A stretch of 64,000 bases of DNA from Haplodiscus bocki (Eukaryota): the NCBI GenBank assembly GCA_965655095.1, contig OZ296651.1, forward strand, positions 50,840,001 through 50,904,000. Reading direction: 5' to 3'. The position numbers were made by a program, and so were the translations under genes. Shown here one piece after another: positions 51,701-64,000 of this stretch. Under the pieces are notes generated by a model that worked only from the letters and a program-made list of their open reading frames with translations, was not told where the DNA came from and made no database searches. The first letter of the stretch is position 1, and the number at the start of each line of letters is the position of its first letter.

Positions 51701-52461
51701 ATTTTTATTAAAGTACATTTTTCCTATGCTCTCAACTGTGCAAACTACTTTACCGGTGGATTCGCAAATCATCCTGCTGTTTAGAGGAGTGCTTTCACCA
51801 TTTCCCCCACATGTTAATTCTTTTATTTTCAATTCTAATTTTGAGTATAATGGATTATTTTTGGCAATGTTGATGAGCATTTCTTCAAATATGTGAAAAA
51901 CTTTCGGGAATCTTTTTGCTATTCATTGAAAGATCAAATTAGGGGGAAAAAAGAAATTCCAACAAACGTTAACATTTGGGAACCTTTTCTCTTTGGCCCA
52001 CACATTTCCAAATTTTAATTCAAATGGATAACAAAAAGATTCGGAAGGTTTTTCACTTATTGGAAATGAATCTGGTACAAAAAATAATCCATTGTATTGA
52101 GAATTACATTGAAAAATTTGTTTTTGAATAAACGTGGGCAAAGTGGTTCAACATAATTTTCAAGCTATCACGTAGAATCTGATCAAAGCGGTGCTTGAAA
52201 TTCAGCGGTTGCTTTTAGACATTTTATTCGGGAATGTGAGTTTTGGTTGTTGGTGTTTGCCGTCTTCAAATATTAAGGGCAAATTGTCGCAGAAAAAAAA
52301 ACCAAAAAACTACGCGTACCAAAAAATGACCAAAATTAAAAGATGCAAGATGTTGTTAGTGTCAAGCTAAAAATTCGATATTGGTTGCTAATGCAAGATG
52401 TTCGTATTTTTCTTCATAACAGAAGATACGTTTATGAAGTCAGCTGAATTCGTTTTATGCT

Positions 52462-52755
52462 GTCGGGATCGGAGGTGTGGTCCTGTAGTCCTAACTACTT
52501 GGGAGACATAGGTTGCAGAGTCATTTCTTACAGTGGGTCCCTGTTATTTGGTGATCTGTGTTGAACCGGTGTCCACACTAAGCTCTATGTCAATATGGAT
52601 GTGCTGTGCAAGTGGCATGTCCAGGTTGGAAAATGAGAGGCGAATCGGCTCAGGGTGGAAACACAGCAGGCAAAAGTCTCCGCACGGAGTGATAGTTGGA
52701 AAGCACTAGTGAGTGGGCACCCTAGGATAGCCACTGTAAGATTAGAGACTCAATC
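52462..52755 (+). ncRNA. 7SL: 7SL RNA, copy 22
   Basis: Canonical helix 8; terminator TTCTTTT. Confidence 0.84.
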
Positions 52756-53520
52756 TTCTTTTATTAAAGTACATTTTACCTATGCTCTCAACTGTGCAAA
52801 CTACTTTACCAGTGGATTCGCAAATCCTCCTTCTGATTAGAAGACTGCTTTCACCATTTCCCCCACATGTTAATTCTTTATTTTTCAATTGTAATTTTGA
52901 GTATAATGGACTATTTTTGGCAATGTTATTGAGCATTTCTTCAAATACGCGAAAAACTATCGAGAATCTTTTTGCTATTCATTTAAAGCTCAAATTAGAG
53001 GGATAGGAAGAAATTCCAACAAACGCTAACATTTGGGAGCCTTTTCTTTTCGGCCCACACATTGCCAAATCTTAATTGAAATGGATAACAAAAAGATTCT
53101 GAAGGTTTTTCACATATTTGAAATGTTGAACAATGTTGCCAGAAAAAATCCATTGTAATGAGAATTACATTGAAAAATTTGGTTTTGAATAAACGTGCGG
53201 AAAGTGAGTGAACATATTTGTCAAGCTATCATGTAGAATCTAATCAAAGCGGTGCTTCAAAATTCAACGGTTGCTTGTAGACATTTTATTCGGGAACGTG
53301 AGTTTTGGTTGTTGGTGTTTGTCGTCTTTAAATATTAGGGGCAAATTGTCGCCGAAAAAACCAAAAAACTACGCGTACCAAAAAATGACCAAAATTAAAA
53401 GATGCAAGATGTTCTTAGTGTCAAGCTAAAAATTCGATGTTGGTTGCTAATGCAAGATGTTCGTATTTTTGTTCATAACAGAAGATACGTTTATGAAGTC
53501 AGCTGAATTCGTTTAATGCT

Positions 53521-53860
53521 GTCGGGATCGGTGGTGTGGTACTGTAGTCCTAACTACTTGGGAAACATAGGTTGTAGGATCGGTTCTTACAGTGGGTCCT
53601 TGTTCTTTGGTGATCTGTGTTGAACTGGTGTCCACACTAAGCTCTATGTCAATATGGATGTGCTGTGCAAGTGGCATGTCCAGGTTGGATAATGAGAGGC
53701 GAATCGGCTCAGTGTGTAAACTCAGCAGGCAAAAGTCTTCGCACGGAGTGGTAGTTGGATAGCACTAGTGAGTGGGCACCCTAGGATAGCCACTGTAAGA
53801 TTGAGTCTCCAATCTAAGGAAAAATGTACTTTAATAAAAAAAAAGATTGAGTCTCTAATC
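53521..53860 (+). ncRNA. 7SL: 7SL RNA variant, copy 23 (mutated helix 8; 3' extension)
   Basis: As copy 9. Confidence 0.75.
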
Positions 53861-54628
53861 TTTTTTTTTAATAAAGTACATTTTTCCTATGCTCTCAACT
53901 GTGCAAACTACTTTACCAGTGGATTCGCAAATCCTCCTGTTGATTGGAGGAGTGCTTTTACCATTTCCCCCACATGTTAAGTCTTTATTTTTCAATTGTA
54001 ATTTTGAGTATAATGGATTAATTTTGGCAATGTTATTGAGCATTTCTTCAAATAGGCGAAAAACTTTCGGGAATCTTTTTGCTATTCATTTAGAGATCAA
54101 ATTAGAGGGATAGAAAGAATATCCAACAAACGTTAACATTTGGGAACCTCTTCTCTTTGGCCCACACATTGCCAAATCTTAATTCAAGTGGATACCAAAA
54201 AGATTCTTAAGGTTTTTCAAATAATTGAAATGTTGAACAATGTTGCCAGAAATAATCCATTGTAATGTGAATTACCTTTAAAAATTTGGTTTTGAATAAA
54301 CGTGGGGAAAGTGAGTTAACATATTTGTCAAGCTACCATGTAGAATCTAATCAAAGCGGTGCTTCAAAATTCAACGGTTGGTTTTAGACATTTTATTCGG
54401 GAATGTGAGTTTTGGTTGTTGGTGTTTGCCGTCTTCAAATATTAAGGGCAAATTGTCGCAGAAAAAAACCAAAAAACTACGCGTACCAAAAAATGACCAA
54501 AATTAAAAGATGCAAGATGTTCTTAGTGTCAAGCTAAAAATTCGATGTTGGTTGCTAATGCAAGATGTTCGTATTTTTCTTCATAACAGAAGATACGTTT
54601 ATGAAGTCAGCTGAATTCGTTTTATGCT

Positions 54629-54922
54629 GTCGGGATCGGAGGTGTGGTCCTGTAGTCCTAACTACTTGGGAGACATAGGTTGCAGGATCATTTCTTACAG
54701 TGGGTCCCTGTTCTTTGGTGATCTGTGTTGAACCGGTGTCCACACTAAGCTCTATGTCAATATGGATGTGCTGTGCAAGTGGCATGTCCAGGTTGGAAAA
54801 TGAGAGGCGAATCGGCTCAGGGTGGAAACACAGCAGGCAAAAGTCTCCGCACGGAGTGGTAGTTGGAAAGCACTAGTGAGTGGGCACCCTAGGATAGCCA
54901 CTGTAAGATTAGAGACTCAATC
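54629..54922 (+). ncRNA. 7SL: 7SL RNA, copy 24
   Basis: Canonical helix 8, T7. Confidence 0.87.
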
Positions 54923-55688
54923 TTTTTTTATTAAAGTACATTTTACCTATGCTCTCAACTGTGCAAACTACTTTACCAGTGGATTCGTAAATCCTCCTGC
55001 TGATTAGAGGACTGCTTTTACCATTTCCCCCACATGTTAATTCTTTATTTTTCAATTGTAATTTTGAGTATAATGGACTATTTTTGGCAATGTTATTGCG
55101 CATTTCTTCAAATATGCGAAAAACTATCGAGAATCTTTTTGCTATTCATTTAAAGCTCAAATTAGAGGGATAGGAAGAAATTCCAACAAACGCTAACATT
55201 TGGGAGCCTTTTCTTTTTGGCCCACACATTGCCAAATCTTAATTGAAATGGATAACAAAAAGATTCTGAAGGTTTTTCACATATTTGAAATGTTGAACAA
55301 TGTTGCCAGAAAAAATCCATTGTAATGAGAATTACATTGAAAAATTTGGTTTTGAATAAACGTGCGGAAAGTGAGTGAACATATTTGTCAAGCTATCATG
55401 TAGAATCTAATCAAAGCGGTGCTTCAAAATTCAACGGTTGCTTGTAGACATTTTATTCGGGAACGTGAGTTTTGGTTGTTGGTGTTTGTCGTCTTTAAAT
55501 ATTAGGGGCAAATTGTCGCAGAAAAAAACCAAAAAACTACGCGTACCAAAAAATGACCAAAATTAAAAGATGCAAGATGTTCTTAGTGTCAAGCTAAAAA
55601 TTCGATGTTGGTTGCTAATGCAAGATGTTCGTATTTTTCTTCATAACAGAAGATACGTTTATGAAGTCAGCTGAATTCGTTTTATGCT

Positions 55689-56028
55689 GTCGGGAACGGT
55701 GGTGTGGTCCTGTAGTCCTAACTACTTGGGAGACATAGGTTGTAGGAACGGTTCTTACAGTGGGTGCCTGTTCTTTGGTGATCTCTGTTGAACTGGTGTC
55801 CACACTAAGCTCTATGTCATTATGGATGTGCTGTGCAAGTGGCATGTCCAGGTTGGATAATGAGAGGCGAATCGGCTCAGTGTGTAAACTCAGCAGGCAA
55901 AAGTCTTCGCACGGAGTGGTAGTTGGATAGCACTAGTGAGTGGGCACCCTAGGATAGCCACTGTAAGATTGAGTCTCTAATCTAAGGAAAAATGTACTTT
56001 AATAAAAAAAAAGATTGAGTCTCTAATC
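55689..56028 (+). ncRNA. 7SL: 7SL RNA variant, copy 25 (mutated helix 8; 3' extension)
   Basis: As copy 9. Confidence 0.75.
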
Positions 56029-56796
56029 TTTTCTTTTAATAAAGTACATTTTTCCTATGCTCTCAACTGTCCAAACTACTTTACCAGTGGATTCGCAAAT
56101 CCTCCTGTTGATTGGAGGAGTGCTTTTACCATTTCCCCCACATGTTAAGTCTTTATTTTTCAATTGTAATTTTGAGTATAATGGATTAATTTTGGCAATG
56201 TTATTGAGCATTTCTTCAAATAGGCGAAAAACTTTCGGCAATCTTTTTGCTATTCATTTAGAGATCAAATTAGAGGGATAGAAAGAAATTCCAACGAACG
56301 TTAACATTTGGGAACCTTTTCTCTTTGGCCCACACATTGCCAAATCTTAATTCAAGTGGATAACAAAAAGATTCTGAAGGTTTTTCACACATTTGAAATG
56401 TTGAACAATGTTGCCAGAAATATTCCGTTGTAATGTGAATTACCTTTAAAAATTTGGTTTTGAATAAACGTGGGGAAAGTGAGTTAACATATTTGTCAAG
56501 CTACCATGTAGAATCTAATCAAAGCGGTGCTTCAAAATTCAACGGTTGGTTTTAGACATTTTATTCGGGAATGTGAGTTTTGGTTGTTGGTGTTTGCCGT
56601 CTTCAAATATTAAGGGCAAATTGTCGCAGAAAAAAACCAAAAAACTACGCGTACCAAAAAATGACCAAAATTAAAAGATGCAAGATGTTCTTAGTGTCAA
56701 GCTAAAAATTCGATGTTGGTTGCTAATGCAAGATGTTCGTATTTTTCTTCATAACAGAAGATACGTTTATGAAGTCAGCTGAATTCGTTTTATGCT

Positions 56797-57134
56797 GTCG
56801 GGATCGGTGGTGTGGTCCTGTAGTCCTAACTACTTGGGAGACGTAGGTTGTAGGATCATTTCTTACAGTGGGTCCCTGTTCTTTGGTGATCTGTGTTGAA
56901 CCGGTGTCCACACTAAGCTCTATGTCAATATGGATGTGCTGTGCAAGTGGCATGTCCAGGTTGGATAATGAGAGGCGAATCGGCTCAGGGTGGAAACACA
57001 GCAGGCAAAAGTCTTCGCACGGAGTGGTAGTTGGATAGCACTAGTGAGTGGGCACCCTAGGATGCCCACTGTAAGATTGAGTCTCTAATCTAAGGAAAAA
57101 TGTACTTTAATAAAAAAAAAGAGAGTCTCTAATC
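56797..57134 (+). ncRNA. 7SL: 7SL RNA variant, copy 26 (canonical helix 8 with 3' extension)
   Basis: Looks recombinant: intact CAGGGTGGAAACACAGCAG plus the fold-back insertion. Confidence 0.8.
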
Positions 57135-57904
57135 TTTTTTTTATTAAAGTACACTTTTCCTATGCTCTCAACTGTGCAAACTACTTTACCAGTGGATTCG
57201 CAAATCCTCCTGTTGATTGGAGGAGTGCTTTTACCATTTCCCCCACATGTTAAGTCTTTATTTTTCAATTGTAATTTTGAGTATAATGGATTATTTTTGG
57301 CAATGTTATTGAGCATTTCTTCAAATAGGCGAAAAACTTTCGGGAATCTTTTGGCTATTCATTTAGAGATCAAATTAGAGGGATAGAAAGAAACTCCAAC
57401 GAACGTTAACATTTGGGAACCTTTTCTCTTTGGCCCACACATTGCCAAATCTTAATTCAAGTGGATAACAAAAAGATTCTGAAGGTTTTTCGAATAATTG
57501 AAATGTTGAACAATGTTGCCAGAAATAATCCATTGTAATGAGAATTACCTTTAAAAATTTGGTTTTGAATAAACGTGGGGAAAGTGAGTTAACATATTTG
57601 TCAAGCTACCATGTAGAGTCTAATCAAAGCGGTGCTTCAAAATTCAACGGTTGCTTTTAGACATTTTATTCGGGAATGTGAGTTTTGGTTGTTGGTGTTT
57701 GTCGTCTTCAAATATTAGGGGCAAGTTGCCGCAGAAAAAAAATCAAAAAACTACGCGTACCAAAAAATGACCAAAATTAAAAGATGCAAGATGTTCTTAG
57801 TGTCAAGCTAAAACTTCGATGTTGGTTGCTAATGCAAGATGTTCGTTTTTTTTTGTTCATAACAGAAGATACGTTTATGAAGTCAGCTGAATTCGTTTAA
57901 TGCT

Positions 57905-58198
57905 GTCGGGATCGGTGGTGTGGTCCTGTAGTCCTAACTACTTGGGAGACATAGGTTGTAGGATCATTTCTTACAGTGGGTCCCTGTTCTTTGGTGATCT
58001 GTGTTGAACCGGTGTCCACACTAAGCTCTATGTCAATATGGATGTGCTGTGCAAGTGGCATGTCCAGGTTGGATATTGAGAGGCGAATCGGCTCAGGGTG
58101 GAAACACAGCAGGCAAAAGTCTCCGCACGGAATGGTAGTTGGAAAGCACTAGTGAGTGGGCACCCTAGGATAGCCACTGTAAGATTAGAGACTCAGTC
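57905..58198 (+). ncRNA. 7SL: 7SL RNA, copy 27
   Basis: Canonical helix 8, T7. Confidence 0.87.
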
Positions 58199-58965
58199 TT
58201 TTTTTATTAAAGTACATTTTTCCTATGCTCTCAACTGTGCAAACTACTTTACCAGTGGATTCGCAAAACCACCCGCTGATTAGAGGAGTGCTTTTACCTT
58301 TTCCCCCACATGGTAATTCTTTATTTTTCAATTGTAATTTTGAGTATAATGGACTATTTTTGGCAATGTTATTGAGCATTTCTTCAAATATGCGAAAAAC
58401 AATCGGGAATCTTTTTGCTATTCATTTAAAGCTCAAATTAGAAGGATAGGAAGAAATTCCAACAAACGCTAACATTTGGGAGCCTTTTCTCTTTGGCCCA
58501 CACATTGCCAAATCTTAATTGAAATGGATAACAAAAAGATTCTGAAGGTTTTTCACATATTTGAAATGTTGAACAATGTTGCCAGAAAAAATCCATTGTA
58601 ATGAGAATTACATTGAAAAATTTGGTTTTGAATAAACGTGCGGAAAGTGAGTTAACATATTTGTCAAGCTATCATGTAGAATCTAATCGAAGCGGTGCTT
58701 CAAAATTCAACTGTTGCTTTTAGACAGTTTATTCGGGAATGTGAGTTTTGGTTGTTGGTGTTTGTCGTCTTCAATTATTAGGGGCAAGTTGTTGCAGGAA
58801 AAAAACCAAAAAACTACGCGTACGAAAAGATGACCAAAATTAAAAGATACAAGATGTTCTTAGTGTCAAGCTAAAAATTCGATGTTGGTTGCTAATGCAA
58901 GATGTTCGTAATTTTGTTCATAACAGAAGATACGTTTATGAAGTCAGCTGAATTCGTTTAATGCT

Positions 58966-59301
58966 GTCGGGATCGGTGGTGTGGTACTGTAGTCCTAACT
59001 ACTTGGGAAACATAGGTTGTAGGATCGGTTCTTACAGTGGGTCCCTGTTCTTTGGTGATCTGTGTTGAACTGGTGTCCACACGAAGCTCTATGTCAATAT
59101 GGATGTGCTGTGCAAGTGGCATGTCAAGGTTGGATTTTGAGAGGCGAATCGGCAATGGGTGGAAACACAGCAGTCAAAGTCTCCGCACGGAGTGGTAGTT
59201 GGATAGCACTAGTAAGTGGGCACCTTAGGATAGCCACTGTAAGATTGAGTCTCTAATCTAGGGAAAAATGTACTATAATAAAAAAAATTGAGTCTCTAAT
59301 C
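58966..59301 (+). ncRNA. 7SL: 7SL RNA variant, copy 28 (altered helix-8 flanks; 3' extension)
   Basis: GGCAATGGGTGGAAACACAGCAGTC; insertion present. Confidence 0.72.
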
Positions 59302-60069
59302 TTCTTTTATTAAAGTACATTTTCCTATGCTCTCAACTGTGCAAACTACTTTACCAGTCGATTCGCAAATCCTCCTGTTGATTGGAGGAGTGCTTTTACC
59401 ATTTCCCCCACATGTTAAGTCTTTATTTTTCAATTGTAATTTTGAGTATAATGGATTATTTTTGGCAATGTTATTGAGCATTTCTTCAAATAGGCGAAAA
59501 ACTTTCGGGAATCTTTTGGCTATTCATTTAGAGATCAAATTAGAGGGATAGAAAGAAACTCCAACGAACGTTAACATTTGGGAACCTTTTCTCTTTGGCC
59601 CACACATTGCCAAATCTTAATTCAAGTGGATAACAAAAAGATTCTGAAGGTTTTTCGAATAATTGAAATGTTGAACAATGTTGCCAGAAATAATCCATTG
59701 TAATGAGAATTACCTTTAAAAATTTGGTTTTGAATAAACGTGGGGAAAGTGAGTTAACATATTTGTCAAGCTACCATGTAGAGTCTAATCAAAGCGGTGC
59801 TTCAAAATTCAACGGTTGCTTTTAGACATTTTATTCGGGAATGTGAGTTTTGGTTGTTGGTGTTTGTCGTCTTCAAATATTAGGGGCAAGTTGCCGCAGA
59901 AAAAAAATCAAAAAACTACGCGTACCAAAAAATGACCAAAATTAAAAGATGCAAGATGTTCTTAGTGTCAAGCTAAAACTTCGATGTTGGTTGCTAATGC
60001 AAGATGTTCGTTTTTTTTTGTTCATAACAGAAGATACGTTTATGAAGTCAGCTGAATTCGTTTTATGCT

Positions 60070-60363
60070 GTCGGGATCGGTGGTGTGGTCCTGTAGTCCT
60101 AACTACTTGGGAGACATAGGTTGTAGGATCATTTCTTACAGTGGGTCCCTGTTCTTTGGTGATCTGTGTTGAACCGGTGTCCACACTAAGCTCTATGTCA
60201 ATATGGATGTGCTGTGCAAGTGGCATGTCCAGGTTGGATATTGAGAGGCGAATCGGCTCAGGGTGGAAACACAGCAGGCAAAAGTCTCCGCACGGAATGG
60301 TAGTTGGAAAGCACTAGTGAGTGGGCACCCTAGGATAGCCACTGTAAGATTAGAGACTCAGTC
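60070..60363 (+). ncRNA. 7SL: 7SL RNA, copy 29
   Basis: Near-identical to copy 27. Confidence 0.87.
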
Positions 60364-61130
60364 TTTTTTTATTAAAGTACATTTTTCCTATGCTCTCAAC
60401 TGTGCAAACTACTTTACCAGTGGATTCGCAAAACCACCCGCTGATTAGAGGAGTGCTTTTACCTTTTCCCCCACATGGTAATTCTTTATTTTTCAATTGT
60501 AATTTTGAGTATAATGGACTATTTTTGGCAATGTTATTGAGCATTTCTTCAAATATGCGAAAAACAATCGGGAATCTTTTTGCTATTCATTTAAAGCTCA
60601 AATTAGAAGGATAGGAGGAAATTCCAACAAACGCTAACATTTGGGAGCCTTTTCTCTTTGGCCCACACATTGCCAAATCTTAATTGAAATGGATAACAAA
60701 AAGATTCTGAAGGTTTTTCACATATTTGAAATGTTGAACAATGTTGCCAGAAAAAATCCATTGTAATGAGAATTACATTGAAAAATTTGGTTTTGAATAA
60801 ACGTGCGGAAAGTGAGTTAACATATTTGTCAAGCTATCATGTAGAATCTAATCGAAGCGGTGCTTCAAAATTCAACTGTTGCTTTTAGACAGTTTATTCG
60901 GGAATGTGAGTTTTGGTTGTTGGTGTTTGTCGTCTTCAATTATTAGGGGCAAGTTGTTGCAGGAAAAAAACCAAAAAACTACGCGTACGAAAAGATGACC
61001 AAAATTAAAAGATACAAGATGTTCTTAGTGTCAAGCTAAAAATTCGATGTTGGTTGCTAATGCAAGATGTTCGTAATTTTGTTCATAACAGAAGATACGT
61101 TTATGAAGTCAGCTGAATTCGTTTAATGCT

Positions 61131-61466
61131 GTCGGGATCGGTGGTGTTGTACTGTAGTCCTAACTACTTGGGAAACATAGGTTGTAGGATCGGTTCTTAC
61201 AGTGGGTCCCTGTTCTTTGGTGATCTGTGTTGAACTGGTGTCCACACGAAGCTCTATGTCAATATGGATGTGCTGTGCAAGTGGCATGTCAAGGTTGGAT
61301 TTTGAGAGGCGAATCGGCAATGGGTGGAAACACAGCAGTCAAAGTCTCCGCACGGAGTGGTAGTTGGATAGCACTAGTAAGTGGGCACCTTAGGATAGCC
61401 ACTGTAAGATTGAGTCTCTAATCTAGGGAAAAATGTACTATAATAAAAAAAATTGAGTCTCTAATC
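61131..61466 (+). ncRNA. 7SL: 7SL RNA variant, copy 30 (as copy 28)
   Basis: Near-identical to copy 28. Confidence 0.72.
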
Positions 61467-62228
61467 TTCTTTTATTAAAGTACATTTTCCTATGCTCTCA
61501 ACTGTGCAAACTACTTTACCAGTGGATTCGAAAATCCTCCTGTTGATTAGAGGAGTGCTTTTACCATTTCCCCCACATTTTAATTCTTTATTCTTCAATT
61601 GTAATTTTGAGTATAATGGATTGTTTTTGGCAATGTTTTTGAGCATTTCTTCAAATAGGCGAAAAACGTTCGGGAATCTTTTTGCTATTCATTTAAAGAT
61701 CAAATTAGAGGGGTAGAAAGAAATTCCAACAAACGTTAACATTTGGGAACCTTTTCTCTTTGGCCCACACATTTCCAAATTTTATTTCAAATGGATAACA
61801 AAAAGATTCGGAAGGTTTTTCACTTATTTGAAATGAATCTGGTACAAAAAATAGTTCATTGTAACGAGAATTACATTGAAAAATTTGTTTTTGAATAAAC
61901 GTGGGCAAAGTGGTTCAACATAATTTTCAAGCTATCACGTAGAATCTGATCAAAGCGGTGCTTGAAATTCAGCGGTTGCTTTTAGACATTTTATTCGGGA
62001 ATGTGAGTTTTGGTTGTTGGTGTTTGTCGTCTTCAAATATTAAGGGCCAATTGTCGCAGAAAAAAAAACCAAAAAACTACGCGTACCAAAAAATGACCAA
62101 AATTAAAAGATGCAAGATGTTGTTAGTGTCAAGCTAAAAATTCGATGTTGGTTGCTAATGCAAGATGTTCGTATTTTTGTTCATAACAGAAGATACGTTT
62201 ATGAAGTCAGCTGAATTCGTTTTATGCT

Positions 62229-62522
62229 GTCGGGATCGGTGGTGTGGTCCTGTAGTCCTAACTACTTGGGAGACTTAGGTTGTAGGATCGGTTCTCACAG
62301 TGGGTCCCTGTTCTTTGGTGATCTGTGTTGAACTGGTGTCCACACTAAGCTCTATGTCAATATGGATGTGCTGTGCAAGTGGCATGTCCAGGTTGGATAA
62401 TGAGAGGAGAATCGGCTCAGGGTGAAAACACAGCAGGCAAAAGTCTCCGCACGGAGTGGTAGTTGGATAGCACTAGTGAGTGGGCACTCTAGGATAGCCA
62501 CTGTAAGATTAGAGACTCAATC
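62229..62522 (+). ncRNA. 7SL: 7SL RNA, copy 31 (helix-8 loop AAAA)
   Basis: CAGGGTGAAAACACAGCAG; T7. Confidence 0.83.
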
Positions 62523-63291
62523 TTTTTTTATTAAATTACATTTCTCCTATGCTCTCAACTGTGCAAACTACTTTACTAGTGGATTCGCAAATCCTCCTGC
62601 TCATTAGAGGAGTGCTTTTACTATTTCCCCCACATGTTAATTCTTTATTTTTCAATTATAATTTTGAGTATAATGGATTATTTTCGGCAATGTTATTGAG
62701 TATTTCTTCAAATATGTAAAAAAACTTTCGGGAATCTTTTTGCTACTCATTTAAAGATCAATTTGAAGGGATAGAAAAAAATTCCATTAAACGTTAACTT
62801 TTGGGAACCTTTTCTCTTTGGCCCACACATTGCCAAATCTTAATTCAAATGGATAACAAAAAGATTCTGAAGGTTTTTCACACATTTGAAATGTTGAACA
62901 ATGTTGCCAGAAATATTCCGTTGTAATGAGAATTCCATTGAAAAGTTTGGTTTGGAATAAACGTGGGGAAAGTGAGTTAAGATATTTGTCAAGCTATCAT
63001 GTAGAATCTAATCGAAGCGGTGCTTCAAAAATCAACGGTTGCTTTTAGACATTTTATTCGGGAATGTGAGTTTTGGTTGTTGGTGTTTGTCGTCTTCAAA
63101 TATTAAGGGCCAATTGTCGCAGAAAAAAAAACCAAAAAACTACGCGTACCAAAAAATGACCAAAATTAAAAGATGCAAGATGTTGTTAGTGTCAAGCTAA
63201 AAATTCGATGTTGGTTGCTAATGCAAGATGTTCGTATTTTTGTTCATAACAGAAGATACGTTTATGAAGTCAGCTGAATTCGTTTTATGCT

Positions 63292-63585
63292 GTCGGGATC
63301 GGTGGTGTGGTCCTGTAGTCCTAACTACTTGGGAGACTTAGGTTGTAGGATCGGTTCTCACAGTGGGTCCCTGTTCTTTGGTGATCTGTGTTGAACTGGT
63401 GTCCACACTAAGCTCTATGTCAATATGGATGTGCTGTGCAAGTGGCATGTCCAGGTTGGATAATGAGAGGAGAATCGGCTCAGGGTGAAAACACAGCAGG
63501 CAAAAGTCTCCGCACGGAGTGGTAGTTGGATAGCACTAGTGAGTGGGCACTCTAGGATAGCCACTGTAAGATTAGAGACTCAATC
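63292..63585 (+). ncRNA. 7SL: 7SL RNA, copy 32 (as copy 31)
   Basis: Near-identical to copy 31; T7. Confidence 0.83.
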
Positions 63586-64000
63586 TTTTTTTATTAAATT
63601 ACATTTCTCCTATGCTCTCAACTGTGCAAACTACTTTACTAGTGGATTCGCAAATCCTCCTGCTCATTAGAGGAGTGCTTTTACTATTTCCCCCACATGT
63701 TAATTCTTTATTTTTCAATTATAATTTTGAGTATAATGGATTATTTTTGGCAATGTTATTGAGTATTTCTTCAAATATGTAAAAAAACTTTCGGGAATCT
63801 TTTTGCTACTCATTTAAAGATCAATTTGAAGGGATAGAAAAAAATTCCATTAAACGTTAACTTTTGGGAACCTTTTCTCTTTGGCCCACACATTGCCAAA
63901 TCTTAATTCAAATGGATAACAAAAAGATTCTGAAGGTTTTTCACACATTTGAAATGTTGAACAATGTTGCCAGAAATATTCCGTTGTAATGAGAATTCCA

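Larger units (their letters stand above)
29182..64000 (+). repeat. Tandem array of ~1.06-kb and ~1.11-kb units, each containing one 7SL/SRP RNA gene; 32 complete genes; continues beyond the window
   Basis: 33 unit junctions (aagattagagactcaatc or its variant) from ~29185 to ~63570. Units are highly similar by eye. Confidence 0.97.

Noticed and set aside
29856-63670. Dozens of recurrent 60-120-aa ORFs in the array (MLSTVQTTLP..., METQQAK..., MPLAQHIH...)
   Set aside because: They overlap the 7SL gene or spacer on both strands, gain and lose stops between copies, and have no recognisable domain. They recur only because the DNA repeats.
29182-64000. CRISPR array or hammerhead-ribozyme (retrozyme) satellite
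   Set aside because: There are no short repeats with unique spacers and no cas genes, and the context is eukaryotic. No CUGANGA core was found on either strand of the consensus unit.

Overview
This is AT-rich eukaryotic (metazoan-like) genomic DNA. 1-4.8 kb holds a decayed Polinton/Maverick-like element: a retroviral-type integrase on the - strand, a frameshifted family-B DNA polymerase on the + strand, and subterminal repeats. 6.2-28.8 kb holds seven phase-compatible GT-AG exons on the - strand of a large spectrin-repeat (nesprin/dystrophin/spectraplakin-like) gene. Its introns contain two solo-LTR-like elements, a MITE with an 8-bp target-site duplication (TSD), tRNA-like SINE heads and minisatellites. 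From 29.18 kb to the window end runs a head-to-tail array of ~1.06/1.11-kb units. Each unit carries a ~294-nt 7SL (SRP) RNA gene on the + strand, with an Alu domain, helix 6, a helix 8 SRP54 motif and an oligo-T terminator. There are 32 copies in the window and the array continues past its end. Each spacer holds a ~350-bp imperfect inverted repeat whose mismatches favour G:U pairs on the + strand. Ten copies carry a fold-back 3' rearrangement that displaces the terminator by ~45 nt, and most of these also have a mutated helix 8. The many short ORFs in the array are artefacts of the repeat. All alignments and folds were done by eye, and the human 7SL comparison is from memory.
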